Shown one piece after another: positions 11,301 through 20,528 of a stretch of DNA of 32,000 nt (the stretch's first letter is position 1; the number at the start of each line of letters is the position of its first letter). Where the stretch lies: positions 420,001 to 452,000 of the forward strand of contig NC_017080.1 in NCBI RefSeq assembly GCF_000284115.1. The letters are read 5' to 3'. The position numbers were made by a program, and so were the translations under genes. This DNA comes from Phycisphaera mikurensis NBRC 102666 (GTDB lineage: Bacteria; Planctomycetota; Phycisphaerae; Phycisphaerales; Phycisphaeraceae). Under the pieces are notes generated by a model that saw only the letters and a list, made by a program, of their open reading frames with translations, searched no databases and was not told the DNA's origin.

Positions 11301-12864
11301 GGCGGGGGGAGGCGACGCCGCGGACGGGCTGCCTCGCCTGCCCGGGGTGTGGACGGTCCGCGGCCGGCGGCCCGGGGCGCTCGTGCCCGCGCTGCCGGCC
11401 GCGGCCGCCGACGCGGGGGCCGCGCGGCTCGGCGCCGCCTTCGGGGAAGCCGATCCGGCCGCCACCCCCGCCGGCCGCGCCGGGGGCTCCCGGGTCGTCG
11501 TCACCGGCGGCGACGCGGCGGCGGCGTGGTCGGTGCTCGTGCCCGCTGCCGGCGGGCGCACCGAGCGGGGCTTCGACTTCCCCCCGCCGCCGGGCGACGC
11601 CGTCCTCCTGCTCGACGACGGCGACCTCCTCCTGCTGTTCAGCGCCGCCTCGGGCACGCTCCACCGCGTGCGTCCGCCCGGCGGGTCGGGCGGGGCCTTC
11701 GCCGCCGGCGACGCGGGGACGCTGGAGCTCTTCGATCCCGGGCCGCTGCTGGCCTCCGTCCCCGAAGCCGCCGCCGAGCCCGCCGCCGCCGCCGGCACCG
11801 TCGGCGGCGTTGCGCAGCGGATCGAGGCCGAGGGTCGGCGCGACCGGGCCCAGCAGGAAGCCATCCGGAGGCTGCGTGAGAACCGCGCCGCCCGCGTCGG
11901 CGACCGCCTCGGCCCCCGCGTGCTCGTGAACGGCCGCGTCCTGGCGAACGGCCGGGCCGTCGACGACGGCACCGTCGCGGTCCGCGGCGAGCGGCTCGCA
12001 GCCGCCACCCCCGGCGTCGTCGTGGTGGCCGGGGCGGACGGTCGGGTCGTCGCGGCCGATCCCGGCACGGGCCGGGTGCAGTGGGCGCGGCGGGTGCCGG
12101 TGGCGTCGCTGGATGGGCTGTACCTCGACGAGGAGAACCTCGTCCTCCGCGGCATGGACGCGCCCGGCGCCGAGTCCGCCGCCCACCGGCTGCTCCGCCT
12201 CGACCCGCTCACCGGCGAGACGCTCGCGCCCGACGTGGTCGAGGCGTCCCAGCGGCCGCTCGGCGTCGCCGTCGGCGGCGGGCGGCTCGTCGTCGCCTTC
12301 GAGCGCTTCGTGGCCGCCTACGGGCTGCCCGGCGGCGGCCTGCTGTGGCGGGCGCCGATCGCCGAGGACGAGGCGGCGGGCTTCTCCGGCCGGCTCATCG
12401 CCGGCGATGACGTCGTCGTCGCCGGCACCGCCGCCGGGGGTGTCACCCTTTGCGTGTACGACGCCGCGACCGGCGAACCGCGGGCCCGGCCGCTGGTGCC
12501 CGAACCGGGACGCGGTGCTCTGCCGCCGGGGGGCGCCCTGCTCTTGGGCGACCGGCTCGACCTGCCCGGTGGCCGCGCCGTCGACGCCCGCGGGCGTCGC
12601 CTCTTCGAGACGCCCGGCGTGGACGCCGCCCCCGCCCGCGTCGACGTCTCCGCCACCGAGGTCCTCGTCGCTTCCGCGGACGGCGGCGGCGCGGCCGTCC
12701 TCCGGCTGGACCGCGAGACGGGCCGCATGAGCGGGCGCTTCGACCTCCCGGAGCCGCCGGGCGGCCGCTCCGCCGGTGTGCCTCTGCTCCGCCTGGTTCA
12801 GCGGCTCCTGGTCGCCGAGGACGCCGCCGGCCTGCTCGTCGTCGACGCGGAGCCCGCCGATTGA
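8395..12864 (+). CDS. Large secreted Ala-rich protein with PQQ-like/BamB-like beta-propeller repeats
   Basis: Signal peptide [31 protein letters not shown]. An N-terminal helical (TPR-like) region is followed by recurring D(P/A)xTGxxxW-type blades ([59 protein letters not shown]). GC3 is high in this frame, whereas the equally long antisense ORF is Arg/Gly/Pro junk. Confidence 0.75.
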   Translation: MRIRDASVLRAGSVLAVIPAVLAAAPAAADAVPLGSAVYVEDSPTAVQQLLRAEELAAAGRLQDAAAALDRAVENHGGDLVPAGGDPAEFGDASRRFVEVRSRVAERLAADPPLAAAYRVAFGDEAQRLADRAGRPADPADRRTALGEVALRYGATAAGRTAALDAAGYALEAADPADARRWLAVAGSVAGEEAGDAGRGAELHAAADAVEAAARAAAAAAAAAGSDAASAPLAAGGAEPGLGAAWTFWFGPLGVEPGVDQSRRLGSGRRAASPPLVAARGSAVFLNTGALLLRLDRDAGRPVWSVDPRGVPVPPVAGAAEGGRGVLLRGDAAIAVLGESPDPRQRRFGLVEPGREPTRLVAVDARTGAARWSVTPEALDPSLARAALAGTPIGDPADAAGQPLVVLLRRAGRAGFVDTRVAGVDPATGALRWTRPLSSVSSDARFGNPDEPAPVGVAAGGRVYVDAGLGVTAALDPRTGRIAWLRVDEPDPGAAGRGTRSRAPVAGPFAPILTGAGLIVGLPDGGHALLDPGSGRRLAMPGPLGVSHDRAELQAVRDCGRLVGLVATAGGEAVALDPDTLAERWRVPAGEALPRPDGEARPAGPEVVLVAGRDAFRRRLSDGALLAREPGGAGFARVRLPGGGWIQASPAAVRLHDRPGAAAERLAARVAASPEDPSAGLALAWLGLERADPAWLLAGTDAALDAAAAAGGQEAGPVAAELLERVATAGADRAFDGVRREVLSRIAASGAADPIALAMVSSEAARSEGRLADAVALLQEVIDDPGLADRLFVLRGTTRRAGLEARERLAGLLAEGRERGIDLYATQRDRADAAFVAAREADDAAALSEVARRFPFSAAAAGALAAAAEKAGGAADPAGVRATRSLWRSAYRAALAASESGDAAADQVAARAAAALVAGEAAAGRPAAARGWARRFRRELPGVALPLRGLETATASAADPVEAWIDAAAAGGGDAADGLPRLPGVWTVRGRRPGALVPALPAAAADAGAARLGAAFGEADPAATPAGRAGGSRVVVTGGDAAAAWSVLVPAAGGRTERGFDFPPPPGDAVLLLDDGDLLLLFSAASGTLHRVRPPGGSGGAFAAGDAGTLELFDPGPLLASVPEAAAEPAAAAGTVGGVAQRIEAEGRRDRAQQEAIRRLRENRAARVGDRLGPRVLVNGRVLANGRAVDDGTVAVRGERLAAATPGVVVVAGADGRVVAADPGTGRVQWARRVPVASLDGLYLDEENLVLRGMDAPGAESAAHRLLRLDPLTGETLAPDVVEASQRPLGVAVGGGRLVVAFERFVAAYGLPGGGLLWRAPIAEDEAAGFSGRLIAGDDVVVAGTAAGGVTLCVYDAATGEPRARPLVPEPGRGALPPGGALLLGDRLDLPGGRAVDARGRRLFETPGVDAAPARVDVSATEVLVASADGGGAAVLRLDRETGRMSGRFDLPEPPGGRSAGVPLLRLVQRLLVAEDAAGLLVVDAEPAD
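11318..11363. repeat. 46-bp palindromic element, copy 7 (intragenic, one mismatch)
   Basis: CCGCGGACgG at 11318-11327 and exact CGGTCCGCGG at 11354-11363, with exactly 26 nt between them. It lies inside the 1489-aa CDS and encodes ..[18 protein letters not shown].. Confidence 0.55.
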
Positions 12865-12938
12865 GGTGGAGCCGCCCGGACGCGACCTACGCTCTGCCCC
12901 GTTTCGCACGACCGCCAGCCGCCGCCGGAGCCCACGCC

Positions 12939-14285
12939 ATGCCCTCCCTCTCCGTCTCGCTCGATCCCGCCAAGCCGCTTCTCTCCGTGAAAGCGGGCGT
13001 GGGCGAGCCCGCTCCCGCGGGAGTCTCGGCCCTGCAGGCGAGCGATCCCGAGATCGCCGCGCTCGTCGCCCAGGAGAAGGACCGCCAGCACCGCACCCTG
13101 GAGATGATCGCCAGCGAGAACCACGCGAGCCACGCGGTGATGGAGGCCCAGGGCAGCTGCCTCACCAACAAGTACGCCGAGGGCTACCCCGGCAAGCGCT
13201 ACTACTCGGGCTGTGCGTTCCACGACGAGGTGGAGACCCTCGCCATCGAGCGGGCCAAGCGGCTCTTCGGCTGCGGGTACGCCAACGTGCAGCCCCACTC
13301 GGGGGCCTCGGCGAACCTGGCCGTGCAGCTGGCCCTTTTCGACCCCGGCGACACCTTCGCCGCGATCGAGCTCTCCGACGGCGGCCACCTCACCCACGGC
13401 AGCCCGGTGAACCTCTCGGGCAAGTGGCTCAACCCCGTCACGTACAACCTGGTCACCGACGAGTCGCGGGAGGACTGGGGCCACCTGGACTACGACAGCG
13501 TCGACCGCGTGTGCGCCGAGCACAAGCCCAAGGTCCTGATGACCGGCTACTCGGCGTACCCGCGCACGATCGACTTCGCCCGCTTCCGCGAGATCGCCGA
13601 CCGGCACGGCGCGATCCTCTGGGCCGACGTGGCGCACATCGCCGGGCTCATCGCCGGCGGGGCGCACCCCTCCCCCTTCCCGCACTGCCACGTCGTGACC
13701 ACCACCACGCACAAGACGCTGCGTGGTCCACGCGGCGGCATGATCCTCACCGACGACGCGGACCTCGCGAAGAGGTTCAACTCGGCCGTCTTCCCCGGCA
13801 CCCAGGGCGGCCCGCTCATGCACGTCATCGCCGCCAAGGCCGTCGCCTTCGGCGAGGACCTGCAGCCCTCCTTCAGGGCCTACGCCGAGCAGGTCGTCGC
13901 CAACGCCAAGCGCCTCGCGGGCGAGCTGATGGACCGCGGCTACAAGCTCGCCAGCAACGGCACCGACAACCACCTCATCCTGGTGGACCTCCGCGCGACC
14001 GACCCCGAGCTCACCGGCAAGGACGCCGCGTCCTGGCTGGAGCGGGCCGGCATCATCGCCAACATGAACACCGTGCCCAACGAGACCCGCAGCCCCTTCA
14101 AGACCAGCGGCATCCGTCTGGGCACCCCCGCCTTGACCACCCGCGGCCTCCGCGCCGACGACCTCGCCGAGGTCGCCGGTTTCATCGACCGCGTGCTGAC
14201 CAGCCGCGGCGACGCCGCCGTCATCGACGCCGTCCGCGCCGACGTCGAGTCCCTCTGCGACCGCTTCCCCCGGCTCTCCGCCTGA
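12939..14285 (+). CDS. glyA: Serine hydroxymethyltransferase
   Basis: [57 protein letters not shown]...[16 protein letters not shown] (PLP-lysine motif). GGAG lies about 10 nt upstream of ATG 12939. Confidence 0.95.
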   Translation: MPSLSVSLDPAKPLLSVKAGVGEPAPAGVSALQASDPEIAALVAQEKDRQHRTLEMIASENHASHAVMEAQGSCLTNKYAEGYPGKRYYSGCAFHDEVETLAIERAKRLFGCGYANVQPHSGASANLAVQLALFDPGDTFAAIELSDGGHLTHGSPVNLSGKWLNPVTYNLVTDESREDWGHLDYDSVDRVCAEHKPKVLMTGYSAYPRTIDFARFREIADRHGAILWADVAHIAGLIAGGAHPSPFPHCHVVTTTTHKTLRGPRGGMILTDDADLAKRFNSAVFPGTQGGPLMHVIAAKAVAFGEDLQPSFRAYAEQVVANAKRLAGELMDRGYKLASNGTDNHLILVDLRATDPELTGKDAASWLERAGIIANMNTVPNETRSPFKTSGIRLGTPALTTRGLRADDLAEVAGFIDRVLTSRGDAAVIDAVRADVESLCDRFPRLSA

Positions 14286-14372
14286 GCCGCTGCGCGGCGT
14301 GCCCGGCGCACCCCGTGTGCCGAGTGTCCCTTTCCTCGACTCCTTCTCGCGCACCGCCGGGCCGCCAGGCCG

Positions 14373-14418
14373 CCGCGGACCGCCGCCCCAACGGGTCGAT
14401 CCCGTCGACGGTCCGCGG
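14373..14418. repeat. 46-bp palindromic element, copy 3
   Basis: Exact arms at 14373-14382 and 14409-14418 with a 26-nt spacer. The right arm is extended as GTCGACGGTCCGCGGATCC. It lies in the 283-bp gap between convergent glyA and the DUF2721-like gene. Confidence 0.9.
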
Positions 14419-14568
14419 ATCCGGCGGCGGAGGGGTCCGCCGGGGTCAGCTCGGAGCCGCGTCGCGGCGCGGCCGCCTCGCCTGCCGGCCGCCGCTGGCA
14501 GCCTGGCAGAGCCAGCCGCTGGACGCGGGTTCTCTCGCCCTCGCCCGCGGCCGCCTGCCGATCGGGAT

Positions 14569-14964
14569 CTACCGCTTCTGCATGTCGGCGAGGTGAAGCT
14601 CCAAGCTCCTCACCGAGATCGTGATCTCGTAGAGCGAGACGCCCAGCGAAGCGGCGAGCAGGAGCAGCGCGACGCCGAAGGCGTAGGCGGCGACAAGGTC
14701 TTGGCCGACGTAGACGAGCAGCATCGACGCGACGCAGAGGAACAGGCTCGCGACGCCGAGGACCTGCATGTTGCGGGTCAGGTAGATCCGCCGCCGCAGG
14801 TTCGCGATCTGCGCCTCCAGCACGCTCGCGGGGTCCTGCTGGAACCGCTCGTAGAGAGTCCGCACCAGGTTCGCGTAGCCCATGAAGCGGTTGGTGTAGG
14901 CCAGCAGCAGCAGCGAGATCGCCGAGAAGAGCAGCGCCGGCGTGGAGAGCGAGAGGTCCTGCAT
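14569..14964 (-). CDS. Small membrane protein, DUF2721-like
   Basis: A 131-aa protein, MQDLSLSTPALLFSAISLLLLAYTNRF...LRRRIYLTRNMQVLGVASLFLCV..., with three predicted TM segments. The LLLAYTNRF plus basic-loop pattern matches my memory of DUF2721. The long upstream extension of the ORF is junk. Confidence 0.7.
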   Translation of the reverse strand: MQDLSLSTPALLFSAISLLLLAYTNRFMGYANLVRTLYERFQQDPASVLEAQIANLRRRIYLTRNMQVLGVASLFLCVASMLLVYVGQDLVAAYAFGVALLLLAASLGVSLYEITISVRSLELHLADMQKR

Positions 14965-15101
14965 GCCCGGGGAACGTAGCGCCGGCTCCGTTCCACGCTC
15001 GGGCCGCTCCGGGCCGCTCCCGGCCGCCCGCGCGGCTGGCTTGAGCGGCGCTGCGGATCCGCGTCGCGGCCCGCCGCGACGGTCCGAGAGGCGCATCGCG
15101 T

Positions 15102-15971
15102 TCAGGCGTAGCGGACGGTGGTGACGAGCGGGGAGGAAGCGTGACCGAAGCGCAGCCCGCCGCCGGGCGTCGTCTCGATCGTCGGCAGGACGTGGAGGTG
15201 CGGCTCGCCGTCGCCGGGGAAGTAGTCGGCGTCGGTGTGCGTGCCCGACACGGCCGGGCACCAGCGGAAGAGGGTGGGGCCGACCCGCCGCTCCCGCCAG
15301 CGGTGCACGTGCCCGTTGCACACGGCGGCGACGCAGGGGCGGTCGAGCAGGGCGAGCACCCGATCGCGGGCGGCGGGCTCGGGGCACCAGTACAGCTCGC
15401 GGCCGGTGCGTCGCTCGTCGGGCTCGCGGAGGAAGAGCGGAGCGTGCTGGAAGAGGGCAACCTTCTCCCCGGCCCGCTCCGCCTGGTCGAGTTCCTCCCG
15501 CAGCCAGGCTTCCTGCTCGGCCTCGGCCGCGAGGCCGCTGCCCCAGACCTGGCTGTTGCAGCCCAGGAGGCGGAGGCCGTCGGCCGCGAACGAGAAGCGG
15601 TCGGGCCCGAAGGCTTCGGCCCAGGCGGCGAGGCGGTCGGCGTTCACCGGCCAATCGGTCAGCGACGAGGGGAAGTTGCCGGCGTCGTGGTTGCCGGGCA
15701 CGAGGTGCACCGACGCGACCGCCGCGGACCGCGTCGGCAGACCGCGGAAGAAGGCCGCGATCCGCGGGTACTCGGTCGGGTCCCGGAAGCCGAGGTCGGC
15801 GAGGTCGCCGGTGACGACCACCCGCCAAGGCTCGCCGGCGGGGAGCGCGTCGAAGCCGCCGGTGACGAGGCGTTCGAGGTGGGCCCAGGCGAGGCGGTTG
15901 GGCGCGGCGTGGTCCGGGTCGGTCGGATCTTCGTGGCCCAGGTGGAGGTCGGAGATCTGGACGACGCGCAT
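15102..15971 (-). CDS. Metallophosphoesterase (calcineurin-like)
   Basis: The canonical motif series is present: ISDLHLG, VVVTGDLAD, VPGNHD, GHVH. Confidence 0.85.
   Translation of the reverse strand: MRVVQISDLHLGHEDPTDPDHAAPNRLAWAHLERLVTGGFDALPAGEPWRVVVTGDLADLGFRDPTEYPRIAAFFRGLPTRSAAVASVHLVPGNHDAGNFPSSLTDWPVNADRLAAWAEAFGPDRFSFAADGLRLLGCNSQVWGSGLAAEAEQEAWLREELDQAERAGEKVALFQHAPLFLREPDERRTGRELYWCPEPAARDRVLALLDRPCVAAVCNGHVHRWRERRVGPTLFRWCPAVSGTHTDADYFPGDGEPHLHVLPTIETTPGGGLRFGHASSPLVTTVRYA
15722..15767. repeat. 46-bp palindromic element, copy 8 (intragenic, one mismatch)
   Basis: Exact CCGCGGACCG at 15722-15731 and CGaTCCGCGG at 15758-15767 with a 26-nt spacer. It lies inside the metallophosphoesterase CDS and encodes PRIAAFFRGLPTRSAA on the minus strand. 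Confidence 0.5.
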
Positions 15972-16077
15972 GCGGCGAGGCTACGGGTGCGCCGCCGCGA
16001 CCCCCATCCGCCTCGGACCGATCCGGGCGCGCGCCGGGCGGGTGTCGCTCCGCAGCCGAACGCCCGATACTGCCGCC

Positions 16078-17016
16078 ATGAAGATCCTCCTGACCGGCGC
16101 CTCCTCCTTCACGGGAGCCCACTACGCGGCGACGCTCGCGGCCCGCGGCCACGAGGTGACGGCGACGTTCACGCGCGGGGAGGGCGACTACGCCGACGGC
16201 GGGGTGCGGCAGGACCGGGTCGCCCGGGTGACCGGCTGCGCCAAGCCGCTCTGGAACGCTTCCTTCGGCGACGACCGCTTCACCGACACGCTCGCCTCGG
16301 GCGGCTTCGACGCGTTGTGCCACCACGCGGCGGACGTCACGGACTACAAGTCGCCCGCTTTCGACGCGGCGGGCGCCATCGCCAACAACACCCGCAACGC
16401 CCACGCCGTGCTGGCGAGCGTGGCGGCCGACGGCGGCGTGCTCATGCTCACCGGCTCGGTCTTCGCCGGCGGCCGCGGCGCGGGCAGCGACGGTCTCCCG
16501 CACTTCTCGCCGTACGGCCTCTCCAAGGGCCTCTCCAACGAGCTGCTCGCCTACCTCGCGGCGGCCGCGGGCGTGCCGTGCGGCGAGGTCGTGATCCCCA
16601 ACCCCTTCGGCCCGCTGGAGGAGCCGCGCTTCACCGCCTACCTCGTCAAGACGTGGATGAAAGAGGAGGCGGCGGGCTGCAACACGCCGCTTTACGTGCG
16701 CGACAACCTCCACGTCGGCCTGCTGGCGCTGGCCTACGCCGACGCGGTGGAGCGGCTCGCGGCCCGGCGGCCGGCTTTCGAGCGGCTCGAGCCCTCGGGT
16801 TACATCGAGAGCCAGGGCGCCTTCGCGCAGCGCTACGCGCGGGAGATGTCCGGCCGGCTCGGGAAGCCGTGCGTGCTGAACCTGGCCGACCAGACCGCAT
16901 TCAGCGAGCCGCGGATCCGCGTGAACACCGACCCGCTGGACGAGGCGGCGCTGGGCTTCGACGAGGCCGCGGCTTGGGACGAGGCGGCCGCGGACTACCT
17001 CCGGCGGCTGGGCTGA
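16078..17016 (+). CDS. NAD-dependent epimerase/dehydratase (extended SDR)
   Basis: MKILLTGASSFTGAHYA is a Rossmann motif and SPYGLSKG is a YxxxK catalytic motif. The gene is divergent from the metallophosphoesterase. Confidence 0.8.
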   Translation: MKILLTGASSFTGAHYAATLAARGHEVTATFTRGEGDYADGGVRQDRVARVTGCAKPLWNASFGDDRFTDTLASGGFDALCHHAADVTDYKSPAFDAAGAIANNTRNAHAVLASVAADGGVLMLTGSVFAGGRGAGSDGLPHFSPYGLSKGLSNELLAYLAAAAGVPCGEVVIPNPFGPLEEPRFTAYLVKTWMKEEAAGCNTPLYVRDNLHVGLLALAYADAVERLAARRPAFERLEPSGYIESQGAFAQRYAREMSGRLGKPCVLNLADQTAFSEPRIRVNTDPLDEAALGFDEAAAWDEAAADYLRRLG

Positions 17017-17029
17017 GGGACCGCGACGG

Positions 17030-17045
17030 CCTCGCCGCGGCGAGG
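17030..17045. other. 16-bp perfect palindrome CCTCGCCGCGGCGAGG
   Basis: Self-complementary over all 16 nt and centred on CCGCGG. It lies 14 nt after the epimerase stop and 3 nt before palindromic element copy 4. Confidence 0.8.
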
Positions 17046-17048
17046 GCG

Positions 17049-17094
17049 CCGCGGACCGCGGGCGGTTCGAGGGGAAAACGGCGGCGGTCCGCGG
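17049..17094. repeat. 46-bp palindromic element, copy 4
   Basis: Exact arms at 17049-17058 and 17085-17094 with a 26-nt spacer. The inverted repeat extends to 11 bp (CCGCGGACCGC / GCGGTCCGCGG). It lies between the epimerase stop (17016) and the lipoprotein start (17130). Confidence 0.9.
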
Positions 17095-17129
17095 GTGGGC
17101 CCGGGTCCGGCCGCCGCTTACGCTCCCGG

Positions 17130-18341
17130 GTGGCTTCGCTCCTCCGCTCCTCGCTGGCGACCCGCTCCCGCCGGGGCTTCCGCCTCCTGCTCGTGGCCGC
17201 CTGCCTCGCGCTGGCGGGGTGCGGGTACCCCAACCGGGGGGCGACGCTCGACCGGATGGGCGCATCGCTGGGGCTGGCGCCCGAGACCGCGGCCTTCGAC
17301 CCCCCGACGCTCCGGCTGGGGGTGATGCCCTTCGACGCGTGGTACTCGCCCTGGGAAGCGCTCGACGCCGACGCGCTGGGGAACCACCGGCACGAGGCCG
17401 CCGGCCTGCTCGGCACGCCGCTGGGCTCCCCGCGCGGCGCGGAGGTCTCCCGCGGGATCCTCTACACGCAGCGGGGCGGCTTCCTCGACATCGCGCACCT
17501 GCGCAACGCGGTCGACCTCACCCGCTTCGTCCACCGGCAGGTGGCGCCGTGGCTGCGGGAGGACCAGCCGGTGACGCTGGAGATGCTCGCCGCCGAACCG
17601 GACCTCTACCGCGTGACGCTGACGCCGCCGCCAAACGCCACCCCCGGCGAGCGGGACGCGGCCGCCGTGGAGATCGCCGGCCGGATCGCGTACCTCATGA
17701 CCACCTGGCACGAGGTGCTCACGTGGTTCGGGTACCGGGGGCTGGGCGTCATCACCGAGCGGCCGTCGGCGTTCAGCTACGACGACGCCCCGAGCCACCG
17801 CGTGGGCGTGGAGCTGGCGATGGCGGTGCTCCGCGAGGTCGCGCCCGACCCGCTCGGGGCGCGGGAGCCCGGCGGCGAAGAGATCGACGGAGCCGTCTTC
17901 GACGCCGCCATCACCGCCGCGCTGCCCCGGCGTCTGCACGCGCTCGGCGTGGTCGCGCCGGCGGAGGCGACCGCTCGGATGCGGGCGATGGAGGGGCTGT
18001 GGTGGGATCACGGCCGGCCGCTGCTGCGCGTCGTGGATCTGGGCCTCGACGGCTCGCCGCTGCGTGCCCACCTCACGCCGCGGCCCGCCGCCGTCGGCGA
18101 GGCGTCGCTGCTGCTCGCCCGCGCCGACGCGGCGCCCGCGGGCGTGGTGTGGGACTTCGACCCGACGCTCCGCATCGCCGGCGTGCCGCTGCGGGATTGG
18201 TTCGGCGTGGCGATCGAGCCGCGGAGCTTCGAGGCCGCCGCCATCCGGCACGCCGCGGGCGTCAGCGGCGGGGAGCCGATCCGGCCGCGGGCCCACTTCC
18301 CGACGCTGGAGGCGGCGCTGCTCGCGATGCCGGTGCCCTGA
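17130..18341 (+). CDS. Uncharacterised lipoprotein
   Basis: A GTG start gives VASLLRSSLATRSRRGFRLLLVAACLALAGCGYP, with a basic n-region, a hydrophobic core and a LAGC lipobox. The rest has good coding character (YTQRGGFLDIAHLRNAVDLTRFVH...) but I do not recognise the family with certainty. The start codon is uncertain. Confidence 0.6.
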   Translation: MASLLRSSLATRSRRGFRLLLVAACLALAGCGYPNRGATLDRMGASLGLAPETAAFDPPTLRLGVMPFDAWYSPWEALDADALGNHRHEAAGLLGTPLGSPRGAEVSRGILYTQRGGFLDIAHLRNAVDLTRFVHRQVAPWLREDQPVTLEMLAAEPDLYRVTLTPPPNATPGERDAAAVEIAGRIAYLMTTWHEVLTWFGYRGLGVITERPSAFSYDDAPSHRVGVELAMAVLREVAPDPLGAREPGGEEIDGAVFDAAITAALPRRLHALGVVAPAEATARMRAMEGLWWDHGRPLLRVVDLGLDGSPLRAHLTPRPAAVGEASLLLARADAAPAGVVWDFDPTLRIAGVPLRDWFGVAIEPRSFEAAAIRHAAGVSGGEPIRPRAHFPTLEAALLAMPVP

Positions 18342-18375
18342 GCGTCGGGCCCGCCGCCGCGGGGGCTCTGCTGCG

Positions 18376-19146
18376 TCAGCGGCGGCGTGGCACGACCGCG
18401 GCGACGGCGACCTCGACGGGGCCGTGGCCGGCGGCGCGGAGGGTCGCGGAGGCGGCGCGGAGCGTCGCGCCGGTGGTCAGCACGTCGTCCACGAGCAGCA
18501 CGGGCCCGGCGGGCGCGGCGGGCCGGCCGGGCCAGGGGCGGGCCGCGGCGAAGGCGCGCGACATGCGCCGCAGCCGTTGCTGGCGGCTCATGCCGCGTTG
18601 CGGCGGCGTGTGGCGGCGGCGGCGGAGCAGCGGCACGACCCGCAGCGGGACGCCCCCCGCCGCCGCCTCGGCGGCGAGCGCGTCGGCCATCAGCCGCGCC
18701 TGGTTGAAGCCGCGGTGCCAGCGGCGTCGCAGCGGCATCGGCACGAAGGCCACCGCCGGCGTCGGGGCCTCCGGGCCGGGGCGGGCGGCAAGCCAGGCGG
18801 CGGCGAGCCGGGCCCCGAAGAAGCCGCTCCAGGCCCACTCGCGCCGGAACTTCATCCGCGCGATCCACGCCGACAGGTCGCCCGCGTAGGGCCCGAGCTG
18901 GTGCAGCCGCGACCACGGCGCCCCGGCCGCGGGGCAGTTGGGGTCCTCGGGCCCGCGGCAACCCGGGCCCAGCGCTTCCCCGCAGCGCGGGCAGGCGGTG
19001 GCGGGGTCGGCCGCCTCGAAGCCGCCGGCCGCGGACACGGCGGCCTCGACGAGGCGCGGAACCGCGGCGTCGAACAGGGCGGCCGCGTCGCCCCGCCGGC
19101 TCTGCAACCACCCGCGGCGGGGCTCGGGGGGCGGGAAGCGGAGCAC
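18376..19146 (-). CDS. comF: ComF-family protein (phosphoribosyltransferase domain)
   Basis: N-terminal Cys cluster CPRCGEALGPGC...NC and the C-terminal PRTase motif VLLVDDVLTTGATL. The start as listed is a GTG (complement of 19144-19146), so the exact start is uncertain. Confidence 0.8.
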   Translation of the reverse strand: MLRFPPPEPRRGWLQSRRGDAAALFDAAVPRLVEAAVSAAGGFEAADPATACPRCGEALGPGCRGPEDPNCPAAGAPWSRLHQLGPYAGDLSAWIARMKFRREWAWSGFFGARLAAAWLAARPGPEAPTPAVAFVPMPLRRRWHRGFNQARLMADALAAEAAAGGVPLRVVPLLRRRRHTPPQRGMSRQQRLRRMSRAFAAARPWPGRPAAPAGPVLLVDDVLTTGATLRAASATLRAAGHGPVEVAVAAVVPRRR

Positions 19147-19319
19147 GACGCCGCGAGGCTACTCCGCGCACCGCGCCTCATTTCCTGCCGCCCCCGCGGT
19201 CGGGCTTCCGCCCCGGCCGCGTCGGTCTGCAGCGCCGTGCCGGGGCACGGCGGCTTCGACCTCCTCGCCAGAGCGAAAGCTCGCGGACGCGGGAACGGCA
19301 GGAGACGAGGCGCGCTGCG

Positions 19320-20345
19320 CTAGCTCGGGCCGGAGAGCGCCGGGTTCTCGACCACGTTCAGCTTGCCCCCGCGGACCCAGGCACTGTGCCGGGCGAAGTC
19401 GCGGACGAAGCGGTCGGGGAGGCCGGTCGGCTTGCGCGTGAGGAGCCGGCGGCCGAGGCGGACGAGCAGCCCGGCGGCGTGCGCGGCGTCGGCGGCGAGG
19501 GCCCCCGCGAAGCCGTGGTGCTTGAGCCAGTAGCGGCGGCGGGCCTGGAACCAGTAGCCCGGCCGACGCTTCGCCTTCGCCGCGACGCCCTTGGCGTGGG
19601 TGATGCCGGTGGTCTGGCCGACGAGGTGGACGACGCGGGAGGCCGGCACGTACCAGGTCGGCCAGCCGGCCTTCTTCGCCGAATGGCAGAGGTCGATGTC
19701 GTCGAAGTAGGTGTAGTAGTCGTCGTCGAGGGGGCCGATGGCGTCGATGACCTCGCGGCGGATCAGCAGCGAAGCCCCCGCGACCCAATCGACCTCGGTG
19801 GGCTCGTCGTACACCGGCAGCGGGACGACGGCGTGCCGCACCAGCTTCGTGACCGGGCCGAAGCGGGCGACGGTGTCGAACTCGTTGCGGAGGTTGAAGA
19901 ACCGGAAGGCGGAGACCTGCGGCGTGCCGTCGGGGTCCTCGAGGCGCGAGCCGGCGAGGCCGGCGGCGGGGTTGCGGTCGAGGAAGCCGACGAGCTCGCG
20001 GAAGGCGCCGGGCCGGACGATGGTGTCGTTGTTCAGCAGCAGGACATGCTCGGGCGGGTCGTCCAGGGCCAGGGCGGGGCGGATGACCGCGTTGTTGCCG
20101 CCGGTGAAGCCGAGGTTCGGGGAGATCGTGGTGAGGCTGCACCAGCCGCCGTAGCCGCGGTCCGCGATGAAGGCGGCGAGGCGGTCGGCGTCGCCGGGGG
20201 CGTCCGCGGTGCCGGGCCGGCTCCCGTTGTCGCAGACGCCCACGCGGGTGCCGGGAACCTCGTCGACGATCCCGGCGATGGAGTCGAGGCAATCGGCCGT
20301 GAGCTGGAAGCCGTTGTAGTTGACGAGGACGACGAGCAGCTTCAT
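19320..20345 (-). CDS. Glycosyltransferase family 2 (WbbL/rhamnosyltransferase-like)
   Basis: MKLLVVLVNYNG...CDNGS...NLGFTGGNN...LLLNNDT...YFDDIDLC. The start is the internal ATG (complement of 20343-20345). Confidence 0.85.
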   Translation of the reverse strand: MKLLVVLVNYNGFQLTADCLDSIAGIVDEVPGTRVGVCDNGSRPGTADAPGDADRLAAFIADRGYGGWCSLTTISPNLGFTGGNNAVIRPALALDDPPEHVLLLNNDTIVRPGAFRELVGFLDRNPAAGLAGSRLEDPDGTPQVSAFRFFNLRNEFDTVARFGPVTKLVRHAVVPLPVYDEPTEVDWVAGASLLIRREVIDAIGPLDDDYYTYFDDIDLCHSAKKAGWPTWYVPASRVVHLVGQTTGITHAKGVAAKAKRRPGYWFQARRRYWLKHHGFAGALAADAAHAAGLLVRLGRRLLTRKPTGLPDRFVRDFARHSAWVRGGKLNVVENPALSGPS

Positions 20346-20528
20346 GGCGGGGCGGGGCGAACGGGGTTCGGTCGGGCGGAGCGCGGCCGGCCGGTGCAGT
20401 GTGCCCGACGGGGCCTTCATCGGTCGATGGAGGCGACCGATGGAAGCCGCTCCCCGGTTGCCGTAGAACCTCCCGCTTTGCCCGACGCGACGCCTCCTCC
20501 CACCGCCACGCCCACGCTGCCCGAGGGC

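Noticed and set aside
8341-12909. 1522-aa ORF on the minus strand covering the whole large-protein gene.
   Set aside because: The translation is Arg/Gly/Pro/Ala junk without a signal peptide or repeats. The plus-strand frame has a signal peptide, periodic propeller motifs and a GC3 pattern like the neighbouring genes.
15055-15085. GGATCCGCGTCGCGG-cccg-CCGCGACGGTCC, which shares the GGATCCGCG and GACGGTCC ends of the 46-bp element.
   Set aside because: The arms are fused into a short 8-bp hairpin (15062-15081) without the 10-26-10 geometry. It may be a decayed or deleted copy, but I did not count it as a family member.
19234-19251. Hairpin GCCGTGCC-gg-GGCACGGC downstream of the minus-strand GT2, considered as a terminator.
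   Set aside because: There is no T/U tract on the relevant strand and the stem is short and ordinary for this GC content. It is too weak to call.
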